64,000 bases of DNA from Malacoraja senta (taxonomy: Eukaryota). Positions within the stretch are counted from its first letter, which is position 1. The number at the start of each line of letters is the position of its first letter. The notes under the pieces were generated by a model. The model saw only the letters and a program-made list of their open reading frames with translations, made no database searches and was not told the DNA's origin. The translations under genes and the position numbers were made by a program. Of the stretch, positions 1 through 11,404 are shown piece by piece. The DNA lies in contig CM075983.1 in assembly GCA_038087875.1 (NCBI GenBank), positions 46,562,001 to 46,626,000 of the forward strand. Reading direction: 5' to 3'.

Positions 1-708
1 ATAAGAAATGTCCTCAACCTCGACCTATACAGCGCCGGTTTGGTTCAAATATTAAAATATAAATATTTTTCTTCTAGGTGCTAAATAGTCTGATTTTAGA
101 AGTTGTCATCGTCTGTGTTAGATGTTACCCATTTTTAATTAATTTACAACCCCTTTTGGACATCATTTTTGAGTTTGAAACTGAAACAGATTCAATATTG
201 TTAGCCAGAATAGCAGATCATCAAACCTTCCAAGTAGTTCATTCTATTCTATTCCATTCCAGTGTTCTCTGGAATGATTTTGAATGATGTCTGCAGGCAT
301 TTTATGATGGAGAAATACCAGGTTGTTTGTCAATATCTTACACACATTTTTTCCACAGATTTTAAGAATTAAAAACTTGCATTTCTCATAGAATATTTGC
401 ATGTTTTTCATGAATAGTTAACATATCGTTGGTGTTTATCTTAGTCTTGCAAATGACTATCTATAGGAACTAGTTTTCAAGTCTATTGTATTTATTTGTT
501 ACTACTATCCACATTTAAGGTAACACTTTAGTCATGTTGCTGCGGCACAACTGATTGTTCATCTTTTCTGCCCTGGGACCATTTTAAGTCTCAAACCACA
601 ATATGTGTGTCTGGGGATCTCAGGAAAATGAAGACCAGAAATAGCTGTCAGAATCTCACAGAAAGACACCTGAAAGATCAAATCCATGATTATTTTTCCA
701 GATGGTAA

Positions 709-1006
709 AGGGCCTGTCCCACGATGCGAGTTTACCCAAGAGCTCTCCTGAGTAAAAAAAAAAAAATCAAACTCGTGGTAAGTACGTAGAATGTACGTAG
801 CGGGTACGTCGGAGCTCGTGGATGTCTCGTAGCGGCTCGTAATGCTAACGGCAGGTACTCGGGAAACGCGGAAACGTGTGAAGTTTTTTCAACAGTGTGA
901 AAAGTTTCCAAGAGTAAAAAAATACTCGTGATGAGGTACCACGTGTTTGATTTTTTTTTAAACTCGGGAGAGCTCTTGGGTGAACTTGCATCGTGGGACA
1001 GGCGCT
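709..1006. mobile_element. PIF/Harbinger-type MITE
   Basis: Long terminal inverted repeats (TIRs) starting AGGGCCTGTCCCAC / GTGGGACAGGCGCT, a TAA duplication (706-708, 1007-1009), and no coding capacity. Confidence 0.85.
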
Positions 1007-1039
1007 TAATTCACCAACAACCAGCTTACTTTGAGGTGA

Positions 1040-1240
1040 AAAAAAAGACAAAGTGCTGGAGTAACTTAGCAGGTCTGGCATCATCTCTAGAGAACATGGA
1101 TAGGTGATATTTTTGGCTCGCTTATTGATGTTCCCTTCTTCAGAATCATGTTCATTATCCATTCTCCAAAGACGCTGCAGTTATTCCAGCACTTTGTGTC
1201 TTTTTTTGTAAGCCAGCATCTGTAGTTCCTTGTTTCTCCA
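1040..1240. mobile_element. Degenerate palindromic Penelope pLTR-derived element
   Basis: Arms gacaaagtgctggagtaact... and ...ttattccagcactttgtgtc, tail ccagcatctgtagttcc, and a decayed hammerhead core (cccttcttcaga). Confidence 0.7.
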
Positions 1241-1531
1241 CCAATCACTTGCCAGGATTTGTCCCACCCTCAAATCTCCTCCAGCTTTCTCTCCCTAATT
1301 ACAAGCACTCTGCCTCCATTCTGTGTCCTTGATCCTTTTTCCGATTGGAACATAACTTTTCTCCATCTACACTGTCCATACCTATCATGGTTTTAAATGC
1401 TTTGGTCCAATCTCCTCTCAATCTGATTCACTGTCTGCCCTTTATCCCATGACCAAATTAAATTGATCAGATTTGCAACTACTTTACAATTAAAGGCATT
1501 TTCCAGTTTGTCAGCATGCCACTCATTTAAA

Positions 1532-1820
1532 ATGGTAGAGCTGGTGCCTCACAGCACCAGAGACCCAGGTTCGATCCTGACTTTGGGTGCTGTCAGTGTG
1601 GAGTTTGTACGCTCTCACTGCAGCCGTGTGGGTTTTCTCTGGGTGCTCTGGTGTCCTCCCACATCCCAAAGACGTACGGCCTCTGTAAATTGCCCCCTGG
1701 TGTGCAGGGAGTAGTTGAGAAAGTGGGATAACATTGAACTTGCGTGAATGGGTGATCGATGGTCGGCTTGGACTCGGTGGGTCAGAGGACCTGCTTCCAT
1801 GAGGTATCTTTAAACTAAAC
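1532..1820 (+). mobile_element. HE1-like V-SINE (5' truncated)
   Basis: tRNA-like B box ggttcgatcc, central V-domain-like ggagtttgtacg...cccacatcccaaagac, and CR1-type tail ending aaactaaac. Confidence 0.85.
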
Positions 1821-1830
1821 TGCCTCGCTA

Positions 1831-2039
1831 GACACAAAATGCTTGAGTAACTCAGCGGGTCAGGCAGCATCTCTGGAGAAAAGGAATAGACCTACAAACC
1901 CCTTCAGAAGAAGGGTTCCGCACCGAAACGTCACTTACTCCTTATCTCCAGAGATGCTGCCTGACCCACTGCATTACTCCAGTATTTTGTATCCATCTTC
2001 AGTACAAACCAACATCTGCAATTATTTTCCTTCCTACAT
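1831..2039. mobile_element. Palindromic Penelope pLTR-derived element with hammerhead-like core
   Basis: Inverted arms, core cagaagaagggttccgcaccgaaacgtc, and imperfect 14-bp TSD aaactgcctcgcta (1817-1830) / aaattgcctcacta (2040-2053). Confidence 0.75.
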
Positions 2040-3777
2040 AAATTGCCTCACTATTCCTCACATAGGTAGATATCACCTTTCAGCAAGCAATTTGAATAAC
2101 CATTTCCACACCTGGTAGCCAAAAGTGCAAACAACCTAATACAATTATTTCATGAGCCATAAACGTAAAAGCAAGCAGAATGTCTGGCCAGTTTTGTGGA
2201 TCCAACTTGCTTTAGGACATACAGTATAATCCTTATTGCTGGGTTGTGTTGATAAGCTGTGTAGGATCTTTCAACACCTCTAGTTTCCCTCTCCCCTGGC
2301 TCTCAATCTGAAGAAGGGTCTCGATCTGAAACATCACCTGTTGCTTTGCTTCAGAGATGCTGCCTGACCCGCTGAGTCACTCCAACATTTTGTGTCTGTC
2401 TTCTGTGTTGATAAACAGTCTATGAGTAAATACACTTCCACTGAACTGGAGCCAACTTCACCTTGTGCTCTACAGAAAACTGAAGGCGGTTGCCGCCTAA
2501 TATCAATCTTGCCCTTTATGTAAAAATAAAAATATGAGTTTATTTTCATTTGGAACATGTAGAGCTGCCTTTTGGCTTTGCTCTTCTAATCCACCCACTT
2601 CTGTACGCACTCAAGTTGCGAACCCATATTCTATTCATACTCTCTGCAGTGCCCAATCCCATTAGTGTCTCGCTCTTTAAAAAAATACTGCAGGATATAT
2701 TCGTGCTATGTAGGTTACCAGAACAAATCTTATATAACCTATCAAGTTAGATTTTAAGAGTTGGTTAGAAATTTGTTGTATCTTATCCGACTGGACAGAA
2801 ATCTTCATAATAAGAAGCATTTATCCTTCCTGTAACATTGCAGCAGTTTCATAACAACTGGTTATATTTGCAGTTACACCCTTAAACAAAATTATTCTCT
2901 GTAAAGACTGCCTTTAAGTGCTGATGTGTAGTAAGACAATATCAGTTATTTTGCAAATAATACAGCATTAAAAGACAGGCACGTACCTTTAAAAAAATCT
3001 GGCCTTTGTTGCCGAGTAGTTCTTTCCTCAAGAGCCCTCAAATTCAATTCTCGTCAGTTCACTGCACCCTGGATAGTTAAATAAAAAGTGTGTGACAGGT
3101 GATATGTAAATTGCCAGGTCTTGCTGCAAGGCATTACATACTTATGTCAAAAGAATTTGTGGTACTTTTTTTTACACTGCGGTTTTGCATTAGTGACCTA
3201 TTAGTACCAGAAAGCTCTAATGCTGGTATTATATTTTCTGCTTAAGGGAGGACATCAGAATTTAGGGTGATTTGTTTCCCTGTATGGCACAGAAGGTTAA
3301 GAGGAAATTTAATAGACAATCTTAACGTCATGAAGAGTTCTGGTAACGCACATAATGGGAAACTGTCTCTAATGGTTGAAAGATTGATGAGGTAGGAATA
3401 TGGGGGAGATCAAGAATGAAATTCTAAGGATTGGGACCTCGTCAACAAAAGGCATAGTGAGCATTTGGGGAGAAATGCTAGGAATCTAGTATTACAGGAG
3501 TGCAGGGAAATTGGAAGGTTAACAATAGCAGTAAATGAAAGATACAGAGAAGTTCTTGCAGCACTTATTGACAAAGAATGTAAATTTTTCAACATTTCAA
3601 TTGAAAACATCAGCTTGTTTAAAAATGTGTTTTTTTATTCCCCACTCTCCCCACTACAATCAGTCTGAAGAAGTCCCGACCCCAAATATCAAATACCCAT
3701 AACCTCCAGGGATGCTGCCTGACCCACTGAGTTACTCCAGCACTTTGTGTTTAGTCTTGTTTAACTAGTGATTCTTA

Positions 3778-4346
3778 AGGGGCTGTCCCACTGCGGCGAC
3801 CTAATCCGCGAGTTCTGGCGGGTTTGCCCTCGACTCATACTCGCAGCATGGTCGACACGAGGTCCTAGGAGGTCTTTGTAACTCTCCTTCATGCTCGAGA
3901 GTAGTCCCCGCGTACTCGAGGCCTCAGCTAGGTCGTGGCGTAATTTACAACATGTTAAAAAATGCTCGCGAGTGAAAAAAGGTCACCATGGAAAAAATCG
4001 ATACTTTTTCTACTCGTAGGTTTAGTCGAAGTAGGTCGTAGAAGGTCGGCATGTTAGTCGTAGGTAATCGAGGGTAGTCGAAGATAATCAAAGGTAGTCG
4101 AAGGTAGTCGTAGATAGTCTTCAAAATAGTCGAAGGGAGGTCGAAGGAGATCAAAGGAAGTCTTCACTCTCCACTATTCGGTGTCCAATTTTCCCGAGGC
4201 TAATCGAAGCTAGTCTTCAACATAGTCGAAGGAGGTCGAAGGAGGTCTTCAACATAGTCGAAGGAGGTCTTCAACATGATACTTTTTCAAACTCTCCTAA
4301 ACTCTTCTAAACTCGCCAATTAGTTCGCCACATTGGGACAGCCCCT
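3778..4346. mobile_element. PIF/Harbinger-type MITE with internal ~10-nt tandem repeats
   Basis: TIRs AGGGGCTGTCCCA / TGGGACAGCCCCT, TTA duplication (3775-3777, 4347-4349), and internal (tagtcgaagg)-like repeats at about 4020-4270. Confidence 0.85.
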
Positions 4347-4375
4347 TTAAACTGCGCAACATTTATGTTTAACTG

Positions 4376-4790
4376 GTAGAATCAGTCATACAGCATGGAA
4401 ACAGGCCTTTTGGACCAACTTGTCCATGCCCGCCCAGATGCCCCAGCTAAGCTAGTCATATTTGCCCACATTTGGCCCATATCCCTTGAAACCTGTCCTT
4501 TACATGGACCTGTATAAATGTTTCTTAAACGTTGTGATAGTACCTGCCTCAGCTACCTCCTCCAGCAGCTCATTCCATATGCCCATCACTCTGTGTGAAA
4601 AAGTTACCCCCTCAGGTTCCCAATAAATCTTTCCCCACTAATCTTAAACCTATGTCCTCTGGTTCTCGATTCCCCTACTCTGGGCAAGAGACTCTGTGCA
4701 TCTTACCCAATCTATTCCTCTCATGATTTGTACACCTCTATAAGATACGCCCCCCTCCCCCCGCCCCCCCCCCCCCTCATCCTCCTGGGC
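4376..4790 (-). mobile_element. CR1/HER1-like LINE 3' fragment
   Basis: Reverse complement of the CR1 3' region (gtggtatatggaatgagctg...gaggaggtag, ggatatgggccaaat, ggcctgtttccatgctgtatgact). Confidence 0.8.
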
Positions 4791-5307
4791 TCCGTTGCGT
4801 TAGATAAACTTGCTGGCAACATATCAAAGGACACGGTGGCATTTTTCATTCTTGTTTACCTGGAAGGCAGGGCTTGATTCATCTGACGAGGAACACTTGA
4901 AAGCAATTTTTTTTTGAACTAGAACATAATTGCTGTAGATACCAGCAGGATGGAGAAAAATGATTTCAAGGGCTATTGCTCGTTGTCAGAGAGAGAAGAT
5001 AATGCTTGTAGCAAACACATGGTGAAGGAATCAGTTAAATCAAAGAAACAGAAACATCAAGAAGCTGAAAGAAGTGGAGCTTAATTTCAATATTACCCAA
5101 GGTAGCAGTGTATTCGGATGTAACAACAAAATATTTGCCAAAAAAGATACCGCATTAAAATGGTTTTGCATTGACATTTCTCTGGTAATTCTAACCAGTC
5201 CAGTAATGATCAATCACTCTGGTCTGAAGGTTTCCTTGGCCATTCCCTTCATGAAGAAATTGGTGTGAAACCTCATGCTTGGCTAATTGACCAACACACA
5301 CAGTGTT

Positions 5308-5640
5308 GATCATAATCATAATAGTACTTTATTAGCCAAGTATGTTTTGCAACATACGAGGAATTTGATTTCCCATACAGTCACACCAATAAAGAGCAAC
5401 GCCACCCAAATACATTTTTAACATGAACATCCACCACAGTGACTCCCCCACATTCCTCACTGTGACGGAAGGCAAAAAAAGTTCAATCTCTTCCCTTCTT
5501 TGTTCTCCCACGGTCGGGGGCACTCGAATCTTCCGTTGCCGGGACGATCTTGGCTCCCGCAGCCGGCGGTCGGGCTGTCCACATCGGGGCGATCAAGCTC
5601 CCGCATTGGGGTGGGGGGGGGGGGGGGAATCTCAGCTCCC
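5308..5640 (-). mobile_element. Non-autonomous element fragment with Rex1-type 3' tail and GC-rich body
   Basis: Tail (atcata)n-actttattagccaagtatg...catacgaggaattt is shared with the Rex1 copies at 49063 and 60283. The body resembles the elements at 20419-22291. Confidence 0.6.
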
Positions 5641-5779
5641 CCCTCTGTTGACAAAAAAGTACACACAGACACAGAGACACACACATCCATACACCAACAC
5701 TAACACACACACTCACAGCAGCAAAGGTACACCTGCATGCACACACACGCACTTTGTAGTTTTCTCAGGATTCCAGCAT

Positions 5780-6278
5780 CTGGAATCAGTCCAGTTTTGT
5801 TCACTCTGCTATAGGACGGATGTCGTGAAGCTGGAGAGAGTGCAAAGAAAGTTTGCAAGAATGTTGCGAGGACAGGCAGTAGGGAGAGAGGTTCTGCAAT
5901 AGAGAAAACTTCTGCCCTGAGCTATAGGGAGAAGTTGGGCAGGCAAGTACTTTATTCCTTGGAGCACAGGAGACTGAGGGGTGTGCTGAGGGGAATAGAT
6001 TGGGTGAATGCACAGTCTTTTACCCACAGTAGTGGAATCACGTACCAGAGCTCATGGGTTTAAGGTGAGAGGGGAAAGATTCAATAGGAACCTGAGGAGC
6101 AATTTTTTCACACAGAAGATGGTGGGTGTATGGAATGAGCTGCCAGAGGAGGTAGTTGAAGCAGATACTATAACAACATTTAAAAGACATTTGGACAGGT
6201 ACATAGATAGGAAAAATTGTTGTCATGGGCACATTGGTCCTCGGCCCTTGGGCCTGTTTCCATGCCGCATAACTATGA
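5780..6278 (+). mobile_element. CR1/HER1-like LINE 3' fragment
   Basis: Encodes DVVKLERVQRKFARML and SRTRAHGFKVRGERFNRNLRSNFFTQKMVGVWNELPEEVVEA, typical CR1 ORF2 C-terminal motifs. Confidence 0.9.
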
Positions 6279-6531
6279 ATGCAGAGACTGGGTTCCTGTT
6301 GGCTCTGCCACATAGTGTGATCTTAAAAAGCAAGATCAGGGAACCAGCACCCTACCCGAGTTTAGTTCCCCATGCTCGCACTTGCTTTGCCCAGATGTGG
6401 AGATCCAATCCTGCTGGCCTCCTCCATCCCTGGAGCTGGACTCTCAGGTCTTGACAATCCTGAGTGTTCCTGACAGCTGGCAAAGCCGTAAATTAGTCTT
6501 TGCCAGCTGTAAAAGCTGTCACTGATGTTGC

Positions 6532-6753
6532 TGGTAGACAAAAATGCTGGAGGAACACAGTGGGTGAGGCAGCATCAATGGAGGGAAGGAATAGGCGACG
6601 TTTCAGGTCGAGACCTTTCTTCAGACTGAAGAAGGGTCTCGACCCGAAATGTCCCCTATTCCTTCGCTCCATAGATGTTGCCTCACCCGCTGCGTTCCCC
6701 CAGTAATTTTGTCTACCTTCGATTTTTCCAGCATCTGCAGTTCTTTCTTAAAC
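6532..6753. mobile_element. Palindromic double-hammerhead Penelope pLTR-derived element
   Basis: Perfect 14-bp TSD gtcactgatgttgc (6518-6531, 6754-6767). Centre reads gacgtttcaggtcgagacctttcttcagactgaagaagggtctcgacccgaaatgtc. One arm carries an unpaired tail of about 36 nt. Confidence 0.85.
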
Positions 6754-8292
6754 GTCACTGATGTTGCAGTTTTTTTTTTAAATGTTTCTGACAGTCAGAA
6801 CTATTTATAAAGAAAATTAATTAACTCTTAGGAAATAAAAGTAAAATAATATTATATGTCAAAAGCACATGAAAAGAAAAAGATTGGATCTTTCTTTTTA
6901 AGATTCCATGGTTTGCTTTCTTATTAGCAGCCCAATTAATTACTTGAAATACCTCACCTTGCAGTTACTGGATGTCTGAACTAGAAACAGAAAATGCTGG
7001 AAAGTATAGCAGGTTAGACTTGAATGGTTAACTATTTCCTGGATATTCTATTCATAACCTGTCACACCCTTTTCTCAAAGTGTCATTTGTTGTTCTTTTG
7101 TTCAAAGAGGGAAGTACGGATAATCCAAGGAATTATAATCCAATGAGCATCACCTCAGTGGTAGGGAAGCTATTCGAGCAGGTTCATGGGGATGTGATTT
7201 ACTCCCATTTGGAAGTGAGTTAGGGACCATGGCTTGGTACATGCCACTCCCCTGACACTCAGTATGAAGAAGGTGCCTTGACCCGAAATGTCATCTATTC
7301 CTTTTCCCCAGAGATGCTGCCACACCCGCTGAGTTACTGCAGCTTTTAGGGTCTATCTTTGGTACGTGGCAGGTTGATCATGTTTTTTTGAGGAGGTGAC
7401 AATGGTGATTGATGAGGAATAGATCGGGTAGACACACAGAGTCTCTTTCCCAGAGTAGAGGAATTGAGAACCACAGGTTTAGGGTGAGGGGGGAAAGCTT
7501 TAATAGGAACCCGAGGGTGGTGGGTGTGTGGAACGAGCTGCCGGAGGAGGTAGTTGAGTCAGGTAGTATTGCACTGTTTAAAAAACATTTAGGCAGGTAC
7601 ATGGATAGGGCAGGTTTAGAGGGATATGGGCCTAATGCAGGGAGGTGGGTTTAATGTCGATGTGACACGATTTTCCACACTGTATAACTCTATGGCTTTA
7701 CGATGAGGATGGGACGATGTATGTTGTCTACATGGATTTTAGTAAGTCATTTGATTAAGTCGTCCATGGTAGGCGGAGATTCAGAAGATTAAGGTGCATG
7801 GGATTTGATTCTGAACTGTTTTACTCATAGAGGACAGAAGGATGTTATTCTGGCTGCAGATCTGTGACCAGTGGAGTTCTGCAGAGATCTGTGCTGGGAT
7901 CTCTGCTGTTTTTGACATACATAAATGACTTGGACAACATGGTTGTCAAAAAATACTGCAGGAATAGCTCAGCTACAGAAATGGGCTGAGAAAGGGCAGA
8001 TGAGTTTAATCGCAGCAAGTGTGAGGTGTTGCACTTTGAGATGTTGAATGTAAGGGGGAGGTATATGATTGATGGCAACACCTTAACAGCAAGGATAAAC
8101 AGAGGGATCTTGAGCGTAGGTCCATAACTCGGTGAAAGTGACAACACAAGTGGATAGAGTGGTAAAGAAGGCATATGGTATGCTCACCTTTATTGGTTGG
8201 GTCATTAAGCAAAAGAGTCAAGAAGTCACGATGCGGCTCTAAAAGGCTTTGGTTAGGCCACCTATGAAGTATTGTGTGCAGTACTGGTTGCT

Positions 8293-8720
8293 TCTCCATG
8301 GATTGTCACCTTGTCGTGGTGGAGAAGCTTGTGTGGATCTGAGATCCTGAGAGCGATGCCGTCTGGAGCTATGCTCCTGGTAGGGCCACCCATGGCGGTA
8401 AGGTCGAGGGGGAGGTCTCTGACAAAGAGCAATCTAACCAAGACCTCAACGGTGGAACAGGTGGAGGAGGACAATGGCTGATCATAGTGGAGCGTCACAA
8501 CGGCTGGGAAGGCGGATGAAGGCTGCAGCAGAAAAGGGTCTCCGGTCGTCTTGGACTCCATGCCACTGGATCCTGACCCAGATCTGTCAAGGACCGTGGG
8601 GTGGCTCTCTGTGCACCAGTCTCCCCACGTTAAACAAAGTCACGCACAAGCGTCCTTCATATAGGGAATAGCACGCTGGAGGCACCCATGGTCAGCCATG
8701 GCCGAAGGGGGCCTAAGACA
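8293..8720 (+). mobile_element. RTE-clade-derived short non-autonomous retroelement
   Basis: Head caccttgtcgtggtggagaagcttgtgtgg...gagctatgctcctggtagggccacccatggc...gacaaagag resembles RTE (Rex3/Expander, BovB-type) 5' UTRs as I recall them. It has a 7-bp TSD ggttgct (8286-8292, 8721-8727) inside a CR1 and no RT. Confidence 0.65.
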
Positions 8721-8819
8721 GGTTGCTCCTTTACGGGAAGGATGTGAAGGCTTTGGATAGATTGCAGAAGAGATTTACCAGAAGTCTTCCTGGATTAGGG
8801 GATATTAGCTACAGGTTGT

Positions 8820-9122
8820 TTTAGTTTAGTTCAGAAATATTGCGTGGAAACTGTACTTCAACCCACCAAGTCCGTGCCGGCAAGCGATCCCTGTACACTA
8901 ACACTATCACACACACTAGGGACAATTTACAATTTTTACCAAAACCAATTAACCTACAAACCTGTGCATCTTTTGGGTGTGGGAGGAAACCGAAGCACTT
9001 GGAGAAAACACACGTGGTCACGGCAGGAAGGTACAAATTCTGTACGGACAGCACCCGTGGTCAGGATCGAACCCGGGTCTCTTGCGCTGTAAGGCTGCAA
9101 CTCTACTGCTGCGCCACCGTCA
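8820..9122 (-). mobile_element. HE1-like V-SINE
   Basis: Full head-to-tail reverse-complement copy (A/B boxes, V-domain, CR1-type tail). Confidence 0.9.
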
Positions 9123-9789
9123 TGCCCCAAGTTTGGACAAACTTGGATTGTTTCTCCGGGATGCCGGTGGTTGAGGGGAGACCTGATGGAAGTATAGAAA
9201 ATTATGTGAGACATGGATAGGATAGACAGTCAGAACCTTTTTTCCAGGCAGAAATGTCAAAGATTAGGGGGCCGTGGCTTTATGGTGAGAGGGGCAAAGT
9301 TTAAAGGAGATGTGCGAGGTGATGAATGCCTGGATCATGCTGCCCATGGGTGGTGAGCAGATATGATAGTGGCATTTAAGAAGCTTTCAGATAGGCACAT
9401 GGAAATGCAGGGAATGGAGGGATATGCTAGATCAGTTTAAGTACGCAGCGTGTTCGGCAAGGACATTGTGGGCCGAAGTGCCTCTTCTTGTGCTGTACTC
9501 TTCTATGTTTTAAAAGCAAAAGGAGGCAGATGCTGGAAGTGTGCAGGGCCCAGTATGTTTACACAGAGGGAGTTAGGTGTCTGGAACATGCTACCAGGGG
9601 CGATGGTGGAGGCAGATATGATAGTGGTGTTGAAGAGGATTTTAAGATTGGCACATGGATATGCAGGGATTGGAAGAATCTGGATCATGTGTAGGCAGAT
9701 GAGATTAGTTCACCTTGCCATCATGGTCAGCAATTGTGGGCTGAAGAACCTGCTCGAGTACTGTACGTTTCCACGTTCTATGAGTCGTG

Positions 9790-10320
9790 GAACCATACAC
9801 ACAGGCGCTTCAGCCCATCTCATCTCTGTCAACCAACATGATAGCTCAGCCAGTCCCACATACTTGCACGTGGCCCAAATCCTTCCAAACCTTTCCAATC
9901 CACATGCCTTTACAAGTGTCTTTTAACAATTGTTCCCTTCTGGGAGCTTGTTCCATGTATGCATCAACCTCTGTGTGAAAAAGGTGACCCTCAGATCCCA
10001 TCTGAAACTTTCCCCGCTCACCTTCAAGCTTTAGACTCCCGTTACCACATTGAAGAGTCTGTGGTCATTCACCTTATCTATGGCCTTCATGATTTTATAT
10101 GCCCCAACAATATAGGACAACCCTCAGTCTCCTCTGCTCCAGGGATACCCACTCTATCCAGTCTCTTCTTATAACACAAACACTCCAAACCCGGCGGTAG
10201 CATCTCATTTCCACCTTTTCTAGTTTGGTGACGTTCTTTCTCTTGCAGGGAGATCAGAATTGTACACAATACTCCAAACGTAACCTTACCAACACCTTGT
10301 ACAGCTGGAACATGACATCC
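9790..10320 (-). mobile_element. Old CR1 fragment(s)
   Basis: Reverse-complement CR1 3' motifs (ctgtacaaggtgttggtaagg, ttggagtattgtgtacaattctg). Confidence 0.7.
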
Positions 10321-10423
10321 CACCTCAACTTGAACTGCCACTACCCATGTTTAGGAACACTTGGATTGCAGTAGATTTAATGATGGACTGGGAAAAGTCT
10401 TAAGCTTACCAGCATCTTTATAT

Positions 10424-10720
10424 TTGAGATACAGCGTGGAAACAGGAACTTTGGTTTCACCGGGTCCATGCCGACCAGTGATAACTCCGTACACTTACAT
10501 TATCTTACACACCAGGACCAATTTAACAACTTATTGAATTCAATTCACCTTCAAACCTGTATGTCGTTGGAATGTGGGAGGAAACCAGAGAACCCGGAGG
10601 AAATCCACGTGGTTACAGGGAGAATGTCCAAACTCCACACAGAAACACCCGTAGTCAGGATTGAACCCGGGTCTCCGGCACCGTGAGGCAGCGTCTCTAC
10701 CGCTGCGCCACTGTGCCGCC
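10424..10720 (-). mobile_element. HE1-like V-SINE
   Basis: Reverse complement begins ggcggcacagtggcgcagcggtagag and contains the B box and V-domain. Confidence 0.9.
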
Positions 10721-11404
10721 TTCCAATATTTTATTTTGTAAGAACTTAAAAAAATATTTTCCATAGTGTTTTTGAACACCTGTGGCTGCCAGAGGCATTC
10801 GCAAAGGTGCCAACTGCTTGGCGGCTTTAGCAGTCTACTCATCCCAGGGCCATTGTTTAACCAGCTGTTGAAGCACTTTTGCGTGTTTTAGGACTGAACA
10901 CACCTTGGGCATTGGAGGAGCTCAGTGATTAATGTAGAACTATTCATGTTCAGGATATAGCAGGTAACGAGGCTGTAAAAGCAGACCTTTCCCCACCTTG
11001 GTTTTCGTGATTCAATGCAAGTCTGCTTTGAATGTGGTTCATTGTCCTATCTATATGGTAGAGCTGCAGCCTCACAGTGCTAGCTACCCGGGGAATCACA
11101 AAGACCTTGGGGATTCCCAGGAACCCAGTGAATTACCACCAGTTTCAAATAAAGGAGGCATGCCCTTAAACCCGAGGGCACTCATTTTTAAGACAAGGCA
11201 GCTCATAGTTTAGTTGGTGTTTGTAGTGTTCAAGAGCCTGATGGTTGTTGGGAAGAAGCTGTTCCTGAAACTGGAGGCTACAGTTTTCAGTCCTCTTCCC
11301 GATGGCAGGAATGAAATGAGAAGTGGTGTGGGTCCTTGAAGATGCTGGCTGCCATTTTAAGGCAGTGGCTCCTATAGATCACTTTGATAGTAGATATATT
11401 CTAA

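Larger units (their letters stand above)
7060..9510 (+). mobile_element. Cluster of decayed CR1 LINE fragments interrupted by younger insertions
   Basis: Decayed RT and C-terminal CR1 motifs (gattttagtaagtcatttgat, gtgaccagtggagttctgcag, VVGVWNELPEEVVE). Interrupted by a pLTR piece (about 7255-7360), the RTE-like element (8293-8720) and a V-SINE (8820-9122). Confidence 0.8.

Noticed and set aside
845-1162. ORF starting MDNEHDSEEGNINKRAK, superficially like an NPAS2/CLOCK N-terminus
   Set aside because: It lies entirely within a pLTR repeat and a MITE, and no bHLH basic region follows.
4950-5084. 44-codon ORF MEKNDFKGYCSLSERE...ERSGA
   Set aside because: Short, unrecognised, with no supporting exons. 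Compatible with chance in purine-rich DNA.
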